NCBI GenBank assembly: GCA_026625185.1
Contig: CP113000.1
Coordinates: forward strand, 585,622 to 617,621
DNA length: 32,000 nt
Reading direction: 5' to 3'
Source: Thermodesulfobacteriota bacterium
GTDB taxonomy: Bacteria; Desulfobacterota; WTBG01; JAGOGO01
Under the pieces are notes generated by a model. It ran no database searches. It was not told the origin of the DNA and saw only the letters and a program-made list of their open reading frames with translations. The position numbers were made by a program, and so were the translations under genes. Position 1 is the first letter of the stretch; each line of letters begins with the position of its first letter. Of this stretch, positions 16,874 to 24,335 are shown in pieces.

Positions 16874-16997
16874 GTCATTAGGGGCTTGACCCGGAATCCA
16901 GAGGCAGGTAAGAAGTAATTCAGTTCCATCGTTTCATGAGCTACCCTTCTGGATTCCCGCTGGAGTTTATCCTCGCGAAGGCGGGGACGCGAATGAC
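16874..16997. repeat. Composite inverted-repeat (REP/MITE-like) element in the divergent intergenic region
   Basis: GGAATCCAGA (16893-16902) pairs with TCTGGATTCC (16948-16957). The outer ends GTCATT (16874-79) and AATGAC (16992-97) are also complementary. The right arm holds a local hairpin, CCTCGC-gaag-GCGGGG (16971-16986). Confidence 0.45.
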
Positions 16998-17082
16998 GTT
17001 GAGGGAACTGGGGCGGAATGGGAGAGCATTTTCAAGTTCAAGTTATTTATGTCGTTCATTTTAATATTAATTAGTTATTTTA

Positions 17083-18063
17083 GTGAACAGGTTTAAGGTG
17101 GAAAAAAAGCTTCCGTCTAACTACGAGGAGGTGTTTAGGCTTATTCATCTTTCCGATCCCCACTTGTTTTCAATAACCAATGTGCGGTTACGGGAGCTGC
17201 TGAATAAAAGAGTTTATGCCTATTTTTCCTGGCGCCTGCACCGGCAAGCTGAGCATTGTGGTGAAGTTCTCGCCGCTTTGCTAAAAGACATGCAATCCCT
17301 CAAACCCGATCATATCGTTCTCACCGGGGATTTGACACACATGGGCCTGCCGAGCGAGTTTCGTCAGGCGCAAGAAATGCTTCAGTCCCTGGGGCCGCCC
17401 TCAAAGGTAATGGTAATACCTGGCAATCATGACACCTATGTTGCCACAGCGTGGGAGCGCACGTTTCGCCTCTGGTCAGATTACCTGGCCTCCGATGCAG
17501 ACCATTGTTTCCCGGAAGCAGCAAAGGCACGCAATATTGTTTTTCCCACCTTACGAGTCCGCGGCCCCATTGCCCTTATTGGTGTTTCCACTGCCTGCCC
17601 CACTATACCGTTTCTCGCTACCGGCAGCATCGGCAAAGTGCAGATGAAGAAGCTTGAAAATATTCTTGACGAGACACGGCGTAGACACCTTTTGAGAGTG
17701 GTGCTGATCCACCACCCACCGGTTCCTGGGGCGGTTTCCTGGCGGAAACGACTTACGGACCAGGCAGCATTCCAAGCGCTTCTGGCGCGCCATGGCGCTG
17801 AACTCATTTTGCATGGTCATACCCATCGCACTTATTTAGGACATCTTGAGACGCCTGGGGGCAGAGTTTTTTCAATCGGTGTCCCGTCAGCGTCATCCCT
17901 CGGCCGCACAGCACATCGACGGGCTCGATACCATGTCTTTCGTCTGATACGAACTGAGAGTGGACTGGAGATGCTGCTTACAGTGAGAGTTTACTCGCCA
18001 ACAAAACAACGATTCATCGATGAAGACGAACAGCAGGTGCCGTTGCCTCAACCGACCGGCTGA
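17083..18063 (+). CDS. Calcineurin-like metallophosphoesterase (326 aa)
   Basis: The metal-binding motifs appear in order: HLSDPHL, LTGDLTHMG, IPGNHD, LIHHPP, LHGHTH. The start is GTG 17083 or GTG 17098, with no ATG nearby. Confidence 0.85.
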   Translation: MNRFKVEKKLPSNYEEVFRLIHLSDPHLFSITNVRLRELLNKRVYAYFSWRLHRQAEHCGEVLAALLKDMQSLKPDHIVLTGDLTHMGLPSEFRQAQEMLQSLGPPSKVMVIPGNHDTYVATAWERTFRLWSDYLASDADHCFPEAAKARNIVFPTLRVRGPIALIGVSTACPTIPFLATGSIGKVQMKKLENILDETRRRHLLRVVLIHHPPVPGAVSWRKRLTDQAAFQALLARHGAELILHGHTHRTYLGHLETPGGRVFSIGVPSASSLGRTAHRRARYHVFRLIRTESGLEMLLTVRVYSPTKQRFIDEDEQQVPLPQPTG

Positions 18064-18263
18064 TACCAAGCCGCATTCAAAAGCAGATCAAGGCCACGAC
18101 GCTGAATCGACGCAGGCGAACGTTTCAGTGCCTCGAGGAATATGACAAGAAAGCAACAAAGATCTGCAAATGAAGGCGCCTTGGTATGATATGCCGAGGA
18201 TAGTTCATACCCTGTGACGCCGCTTCGAGAAGAAAAACCGGGAGAAGTTCGATTGGTCATCGC

Positions 18264-19343
18264 TCATGCCGGGCTATGGGCGTGGGACAGGAACCCAAGA
18301 GCGAGACAGAAGATTACCGCAACCGGTGCCAGTGCGACGAGCGCCAGGTTTAAACCAAAAATCAGTCCGAGGTTCCCAAGAATCTGATTGAGAAAATACA
18401 CCCCAATACCGACGATTCCCCCGATCATTATCCTGAATCCAGCAGTATGCTTGCGGGTTGATCCAAAGACGAAGGTAAGGGAGAGCAAAACCAGGGCAGC
18501 CGTGGACAGAGGGGTGCTTACCTTTTGCCAGAATAATAACTCGTATTGATCGGAATTTTGCCCGGTCTCCCGCAGTAACTGAATATACTGGTAAAGGTCA
18601 GAGGGCGATTGAATTGCCGGCGGAACTTCCTGAATTGTCATCTGCTCTGCACTGAGTACCGATTCACGGGTGAGACTGGGGAGGCGCTTGGTGGTCACCC
18701 CCTGGGGAGTAATGACCTTCTGCTCGACATCGGTGAGCACCCATTGGTTGTTTTTGGTAACAACAGCTTTTCGAGCGTGGGTGAATACGCGGAGACGCCT
18801 CTCTTGGTCCCATTCGAAAATGTCAACGTTTTCCGGAAGTACGCCGGCGTGGATTTTGCTGACGTGGATAAAGACGGATCCGTTGCGCGCCCAAAAACCG
18901 TTGGTGGTAAACGTGATATCAGCAGCGTTGCTGAGCGCAATCAAACGCCCTGTCCGTGCCTGCTGCTCCATGGGCGGCACAATAAACTCTGCCAGGATTC
19001 CCGATGCCAGCATGGGAAGCGTGGCGGCCGCAAGGACTGCCCAGCAGATTCGACGCACCGATATGCCGCCGGCTTGCATGGCGACGAGTTCATTTTTGTC
19101 CGCCAGCAGTCCAAGGGCTATGACTCCCCCCAGGAGGCAGCTTTGCGGTATCAGGTCCAGTAGTCGGCCCGGCAGTGTGAGAAGCACATAAGATACGGCA
19201 TCCGTAAGCTGATAGTGTCCTTTTCCCACATCATCCAGTTCAAGGATAAACTCAAAAAAACTGAACAGAAATCCCAAGATGGACAGTACCAGCAGAAAAC
19301 ATCGAGTGAAACTTTTGCCGATATAGAGATCAATTATTTTCAT
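18264..19343 (-). CDS. lptG: LptG, LPS export ABC permease (YjgP/YjgQ family)
   Basis: IDLYIGKSF at the N-terminus, ELVAMQAGGIS, and NGFWARNGSVFIHVSKI parallel E. coli LptG (LDRYIGK, ELVVMQASGF, GLWAKDGNNFVYIERV). It directly follows lptF. ATG 19343 is preferred over TTG 19367. Confidence 0.85.
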   Translation of the reverse strand: MKIIDLYIGKSFTRCFLLVLSILGFLFSFFEFILELDDVGKGHYQLTDAVSYVLLTLPGRLLDLIPQSCLLGGVIALGLLADKNELVAMQAGGISVRRICWAVLAAATLPMLASGILAEFIVPPMEQQARTGRLIALSNAADITFTTNGFWARNGSVFIHVSKIHAGVLPENVDIFEWDQERRLRVFTHARKAVVTKNNQWVLTDVEQKVITPQGVTTKRLPSLTRESVLSAEQMTIQEVPPAIQSPSDLYQYIQLLRETGQNSDQYELLFWQKVSTPLSTAALVLLSLTFVFGSTRKHTAGFRIMIGGIVGIGVYFLNQILGNLGLIFGLNLALVALAPVAVIFCLALGFLSHAHSPA

Positions 19344-19406
19344 CACCAAGCACGCAATATAAGACAATAGAAAAATTTTTCATAAACGGTGGTAACAACA
19401 ATATGA

Positions 19407-20501
19407 TTACCGACATCGTGGGTGAGACCAGCACTGCTGAGACGGATTAAGCAGAAGGATGAGCAGGACCACGGCCAGCAATCCTTGTACCCACCAAATA
19501 CCCAACCATGGGGGAATCTGGCTTTGTTGCACCCCGAGTTTGGCCACGGTGACGATGCTGTAATAAAATCCGTAAATGATTATACCAATGGGAAGATTGG
19601 CATGTTTGCCCTTGCGTGTTTCTATCCGGCTCAGAGGCACACCGAGGAGCGCCAGAAGGAGCGTGGAAAGCGGAGATAACATCCGCCACTGTAGCTCAGC
19701 GATGTCTGAAGGGTTTTTAGAACGCGCTAGGTAAAAAGTTGAGGCGGCCTTTGTTTTGTATTCCAAGGGGGTAATTTCTTTGGGCCATAAAGAAACCGTG
19801 TACTGCGCCGATTCCATAACGCGCCCTTTTCCTTCTCCGGTGCGAGGCAATTCATAACGACAGGCGTTCAGAAAGAAGATGACTTGTCTGCCGGTGGCCG
19901 GGTCAAGACGCTGATAGGCCTCCTTTGCGTAGACGACTTCCAGCAGATCATTTCCCTCTTTCGGATCTTTTTCCATGAAGACCCCCTCCGCTCTCTGCCT
20001 TGTTTGGTCAATTTTCTCAATAAAGATGAACCGATCCCCTTCGCCGATTTTATAAAACCTGCCTGCTTTCAATCTGGTGACGTCAAACTCGGCCTTTGCT
20101 TTGGCTTTCAACCAGAAAAATTGTTCGTAGGCCCATGGCCGCACGGCGAGCGATAAGCTCCCCCCCAGGAGCGCTACCGGTAAGGACAAAACAAAAACGA
20201 CTGCCAGCACCCGACAAAGAGACACGCCGGAAGCAAAGAGCGCCGTCATTTCATTATCATTATAGAGTCGCCCTATACCGACTATGACCGAAAGGTAAAG
20301 GCTGGTGGGAAGAACTACCTCCAGGGCGATCAATACCTTGAGCAGAATAATGAATATGATTGTCTTTATGGACATAAGGCCGAAGGTTGCATCTGCAAGG
20401 TAGCGATTTGTGCTGTGTGCTGCGAAGATTATCACCAAAACCGCAACCATGCTTATCAGCGGCTTGATTATTTCGGCTATGAGGTAACGATTTAAGATCA
20501 A
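19407..20501 (-). CDS. lptF: LptF, LPS export ABC permease (YjgP/YjgQ family)
   Basis: ILNRYLIAEIIKP at the N-terminus, NEMTALFASGVS, a periplasmic beta-jellyroll-length insert, and 6 TM segments. The only start that preserves the conserved N-terminus is TTG 20501. Confidence 0.85.
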   Translation of the reverse strand: MILNRYLIAEIIKPLISMVAVLVIIFAAHSTNRYLADATFGLMSIKTIIFIILLKVLIALEVVLPTSLYLSVIVGIGRLYNDNEMTALFASGVSLCRVLAVVFVLSLPVALLGGSLSLAVRPWAYEQFFWLKAKAKAEFDVTRLKAGRFYKIGEGDRFIFIEKIDQTRQRAEGVFMEKDPKEGNDLLEVVYAKEAYQRLDPATGRQVIFFLNACRYELPRTGEGKGRVMESAQYTVSLWPKEITPLEYKTKAASTFYLARSKNPSDIAELQWRMLSPLSTLLLALLGVPLSRIETRKGKHANLPIGIIIYGFYYSIVTVAKLGVQQSQIPPWLGIWWVQGLLAVVLLILLLNPSQQCWSHPRCR

Positions 20502-21218
20502 GGTCGTTATCCGATTGATGGTTAATGAAATGAAACTGGTTTTCGCAACGATATGTAACTAAGCGCATTAATAAAAAAATTTATTATGCATAACTGCAAA
20601 CATCGTGTCAATAGAGGGGCGTGCGCTGTATTTTTTTCGCGCCTGCGGTTTACCGGGTTGGCAGAGAATATGACCGTTTTTTCGACACCGCTTTACAAAA
20701 AATCGCTTAGCAGATTTTTCACTCTTTACAAGAACTTCAAACCATTCTACCTTCATTCCACCACTATATCATGATGGCAAAGGTTTTATAATTACCAAAT
20801 ATTATTACGGACAGATTTACCCAAAAAAAACCAAATGTTGGACAAATCAATCCCTTTAAGCCAATCTTGAATTTTTTAAGTACTTGAAATTACTGGATGT
20901 GTCAGGACGCGAGAAAGACTGGGTCATAATTAGAAATGGGGTAAAGATTTTCCTTGTAGATCTTCGGATTATTTGTAAAATTATGGGAAAAAGTACACCC
21001 GCCGCAACCTGACCACCCTCGTGGAAACGTAGGAAAAGGTGGGGATCACAATCCTGAACAAACGCTATGGATGCTCAATTGAAAAATACTTCTCATATCA
21101 CCTGCAATGATTCTTGTATTCACCCCTGGTGTGGTTGTCAACCCGAAAGAGAACTCGCGCCTTTTGCAGAGTGCTACGGCTTCCTGACTGCCGCGCTTGA
21201 GGGAGACCGGTTTTTGCC

Positions 21219-22397
21219 GTGAAGCAACTTATCCAACCTCCGGCCGCACAAAACGCCCGGACCGATCATACCCTCCGGATCGCACGAGTTGAGGGACGGA
21301 GTGGTTTTCGTCAATTCATCCGCCTTCCTTGGTCTCTATATGGCGATGACCCGATGTGGGTCCCGCCGCTTCTCATTGAGCGGCGCCGGCACCTTTCCCC
21401 CCGCAATCCTTTTTTCGCGCACGCCCAATACTGTTCCTGGCTAGCGTACCGTGGATTGCGGCCCGTGGGCCGTATCAGCGCCCAAGTTGACGAACTTCAT
21501 ATTCAGCACCATCGAGACGCCACCGGTTTTTTCGGAATGATAGAGGCTGAAAACGACGCCACGACGTTCCGGGCCCTCACCGATACCGCTGAGCAGTGGC
21601 TCCGCGGCAAGGGGATGCGCCGCATTATCGGCCCACTCAATCTTTCCCTAAACCAGGAAGGTGGGTTGCTGGTAGAAGGGTTCGACACCCCCCCCTCAAT
21701 CATGATGGGCCATGCGCACCGTTATTATGGTCAACGGATCGAGGAGCAAGGCTATCGCAAGGAAAAGGAACTGCTTGCATACCTTGTCAATATTGAATGT
21801 AATTGGCCTCCCTTGGTACGAAAAATTGCAGCAAAAGCGCCCCAAGACGTGCTTCTCCGACCGTTGTGCATGTCCCGTTTCACCGAAGAATTGGAGACTC
21901 TGCAGGGTATTTTCAATGACGCATGGTCCCAAAACTGGGGTTTTATCCCGTTCACCAAGGCGGAATTCCAACATATGGGGCAGGATATTAAACACCTGGT
22001 GGATAAGGAATTCGTGCAGATCGCAGAAGTAAACGGAGACCCCGCTGGGATGATCGTGGTGCTCCCAAACATCAATGAAGTTATCCGGGACCTCAACGGG
22101 CGGCTTCTCCCCTTCGGCTGGATGAAATTGCTCTGGCGTCTCAAGGTGAGATACCCGACTTCTGGGCGGGTCCCCCTTATGGGAGTGTGCCGGCGCTATC
22201 AGGAGAGCATGCTCGGGTCTGCGCTCGCCTTCATGCTTATAGATGCGGCACGCGTCCCCGCCCTCAGGCGCGGTATGCGGGAAGTTGAGATGTCCTGGAT
22301 ACTTGAAGACAATATGAGGATACGGAACATTATCGAATCCATCGGTGGCAAAGTATACAAACGCTACCGAATATATGGAAAAGAACTTTATGAATGA
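21219..22397 (+). CDS. GNAT-fold N-acyltransferase, candidate bacterial ceramide synthase (bCerS-like), 392 aa
   Basis: F-QFIRLPWSLYGDDPMWVPPLLIERR, NPFF-HA...WLAYR...VGRISAQVD, and the C-terminus SWILEDNMRIRNIIESIGGKVYKRYRIYGKEL. I recognise this roughly 390-aa architecture as a family usually annotated as N-acetyltransferase. The ceramide synthase role is inferred from context. GTG start. Confidence 0.5.
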   Translation: MKQLIQPPAAQNARTDHTLRIARVEGRSGFRQFIRLPWSLYGDDPMWVPPLLIERRRHLSPRNPFFAHAQYCSWLAYRGLRPVGRISAQVDELHIQHHRDATGFFGMIEAENDATTFRALTDTAEQWLRGKGMRRIIGPLNLSLNQEGGLLVEGFDTPPSIMMGHAHRYYGQRIEEQGYRKEKELLAYLVNIECNWPPLVRKIAAKAPQDVLLRPLCMSRFTEELETLQGIFNDAWSQNWGFIPFTKAEFQHMGQDIKHLVDKEFVQIAEVNGDPAGMIVVLPNINEVIRDLNGRLLPFGWMKLLWRLKVRYPTSGRVPLMGVCRRYQESMLGSALAFMLIDAARVPALRRGMREVEMSWILEDNMRIRNIIESIGGKVYKRYRIYGKELYE

Positions 22398-22547
22398 CGG
22401 CATCGTAAAAAGCCCATCTGCTGCGTTGCACCGCATCCTCAGTCATTGCGGCGTACCGGTAAGTACGCCTCATTCCTTCGGATTTGCGCGCCTTGCATCC
22501 GGAGCTTTTTACTTCGCCATCCAAATTCGACATTTTACGAGTTCATC

Positions 22548-23348
22548 ATGAATAGAACGAAAAAAACCTTCACCGCCGTGGTGCTGGCAGCGGACCGCGG
22601 TCCCAATGATCCCCTGGCCCGGACAGCGGGTGTTTCCTGTAAATCTTTTGTTCACTTGGGAGGAAGGCCTATGGTGCTGCGCGTGCTCGACACGCTTGCC
22701 GGGACCCGGGAAGTAGACTCCCTGGCGGTATGCGGTCCTTCCGAGGCCTTGCTTGCCCAGGAGCCTGAACTGCTCTCCAGAATTAATGCAGGTAAGATCA
22801 GATGGATTCCCCCTCAGGCAACCCCCAGTGCAAGCACGTACCACGTGTTGGAGGGGCTCCCCCCGGACGTTCCCGTGCTCGTCACCACCGCTGATCACGC
22901 GTTTTTGACCGCCGAGGTAGTCGACTTCTTTTGCGGCAAGGCCCGTGCCACCGGTTGTGACGTTGTCGCCGGTCTTGCCCCCCATGAGCAGGTCATACGC
23001 GCATTTCCCCGGACCAGAAGAACCGCTACCAGGTTGCGTGACGGTGCTTTTTGTTCATGTAACCTCTTCGCCTTTTTGACTCCACGGGCACGCAGGGCCG
23101 CAGAGTTTTGGCAAAAATGCGAACGCAACCGCAAGAAACCCTGGCGAATGATGCGGGTAATCGGTTGGCCGGTTGTGGTCCGATATTTGCTGGGAACGCT
23201 GTCCCTGGAGGAAGGCTTGAGGAGGTTGTCAGCCCGCATGAATGTCAAGGCAGGAGTGGTTATCATGCCTTTTCCCGAAGCGGCCGTCGATGTGGACACG
23301 GTCAGTGATTGGCGTTTGGCGGAAGAAGTCCTCGCTGGTCGAGGGTAA
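22548..23348 (+). CDS. MobA-like NTP-transferase-domain protein (266 aa)
   Basis: The N-terminus FTAVVLAADRGPNDPLA...CKSFVHLGGRPMVLRVLDTL and a later VLVTTADHAFL resemble the MobA/CofC/CobY-type nucleotidyltransferase fold. ATG 22548 is preferred over TTG 22446, whose extension is low-complexity. Confidence 0.55.
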   Translation: MNRTKKTFTAVVLAADRGPNDPLARTAGVSCKSFVHLGGRPMVLRVLDTLAGTREVDSLAVCGPSEALLAQEPELLSRINAGKIRWIPPQATPSASTYHVLEGLPPDVPVLVTTADHAFLTAEVVDFFCGKARATGCDVVAGLAPHEQVIRAFPRTRRTATRLRDGAFCSCNLFAFLTPRARRAAEFWQKCERNRKKPWRMMRVIGWPVVVRYLLGTLSLEEGLRRLSARMNVKAGVVIMPFPEAAVDVDTVSDWRLAEEVLAGRG

Positions 23349-23453
23349 CGAATCATCCTCTCGCTGCGCGGGGCAACCTCATGACACACCGACGGAAATT
23401 TCTCCGCACGATCCGCATCCCGCCACGGGCAGAGGGCGATGCGGCTGTCCCCG

Positions 23454-24278
23454 TTACCTGCACTCTGCGACGGATTCTTCCGTGCACGCGCTCACCATGT
23501 GTGCCGCACTCTTCAAATCCGCAGGAAAATCGACCTCACAGCTCCGCAGACCTTCAATTGAACATGTCCAAACCTTCATGGTGGGACACAAATCTCGAAT
23601 TACGGACAAGTACCATTTCCGGGAAGACGAAGGATCGCCCATGGCTTTTTCAAGCCCTTGGCGGAAAAGAGCCGGGCCTTCCCCCCGAAAAAGGATCATC
23701 CCCACTGACTCGCCGTCCGTCTTTTCGGGATCGAGATCTTTGCCGATGTTGATGAGTCTTTGTCCTTCCAGGGTCACTTTCATGTCATCGGCGTCGTAGT
23801 GGGACTTGTACGTGATCACTACGGTCACCGGGTGTACGGCTCTACTCAGCACCCGCCGTACCACCCCGGCTTCGAACAACGTGTCCCCGTTAAGCAGGAA
23901 AAAATCTTCATTCATCTCGTCCCGAGCCATCCAGCAACTGACGAGGTTGTCCGTTTCGGCAAACTTAGGGTTTTGGATAAGAGTAATGCGACCCACGCCA
24001 TAGCGCTGGGTCAAAAGCCGCTCAACCTGATCAGCGCCATAACCGACAACTACGCTTACTCGGTCTATCCCGGTGACAAGCAGTGTATCGATCTGCCACT
24101 CAATCAATTTTTTCCCCTGAATGGGCAAGAGACATTTCGGAGTTTCAGCCGTAAGCGGCAACAATCGTTTTCCCTGGCCGGCACTTAAAATAATAGTTTT
24201 AATAAACAGCCTCCCTAAAATAATTGTTTCACTCGGAGAATGGAAAAACGCCTCGCCTTTAGGTAAAGGCTTAAGCAA
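23454..24278 (-). CDS. LicC/IPCT-like cytidylyltransferase (sugar- or alcohol-phosphate nucleotidyltransferase)
   Basis: IILSAGQGKRLLPLTAETPKCLLPIQGKKLIEWQIDTL, VVVGYGADQVERLL, N-KFAETDNLVSCW and FFLLNGDTLF are colinear with pneumococcal LicC as I recall it. The start is ambiguous: TTG 24278 has no SD, whereas ATT 24203 lies 6 nt after GGGAGG. Confidence 0.75.
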   Translation of the reverse strand: MLKPLPKGEAFFHSPSETIILGRLFIKTIILSAGQGKRLLPLTAETPKCLLPIQGKKLIEWQIDTLLVTGIDRVSVVVGYGADQVERLLTQRYGVGRITLIQNPKFAETDNLVSCWMARDEMNEDFFLLNGDTLFEAGVVRRVLSRAVHPVTVVITYKSHYDADDMKVTLEGQRLINIGKDLDPEKTDGESVGMILFRGEGPALFRQGLEKAMGDPSSSRKWYLSVIRDLCPTMKVWTCSIEGLRSCEVDFPADLKSAAHMVSACTEESVAECR

Positions 24279-24335
24279 GCCGAAACTTTGAACCCGATAC
24301 CAAAAGGCATTTATACACTAAACTAATTAAGTGAT

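Noticed and set aside
17083-18063. Calling the metallophosphoesterase LpxH or LpxG
   Set aside because: It shares only the generic calcineurin-like metal motifs. It lacks the LpxH-specific N-terminal FISDLHL...YILGDLF arrangement and the lid insertion as I recall them. The function is left open.
18048-18260. 70-aa minus-strand ORF filling the 200-bp convergent gap between the phosphoesterase and lptG
   Set aside because: It has no recognisable similarity or SD, and it overlaps the phosphoesterase stop. The gap has ordinary GC content, so a decayed gene fragment is possible, but I cannot support any call.
18609-19191. 184-aa and 173-aa plus-strand ORFs
   Set aside because: They are antisense to lptG, which has clear YjgP/YjgQ motifs, and their composition is arginine- and serine-rich, typical of shadow frames.
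20568-20774. Two mutually antisense 62-aa ORFs in the lptF / bCerS-like intergenic region
   Set aside because: They have no ribosome-binding sites, are low-complexity and basic, and occupy the same DNA on opposite strands. I treat this as noncoding control region.
21696-22436. 246-aa minus-strand ORF (and 21752..22144)
   Set aside because: It is antisense to the GNAT-like gene, which has a conserved family N-terminus and C-terminus. The ORF shows no membrane or domain features.
22895-23799. ORFs 22895..23389 (-), 23242..23799 (+) and 23309..23752 (+)
   Set aside because: They overlap the two convergent nucleotidyltransferase genes in alternative frames or antisense. They are rich in Arg, Ser and Pro and have no motifs.
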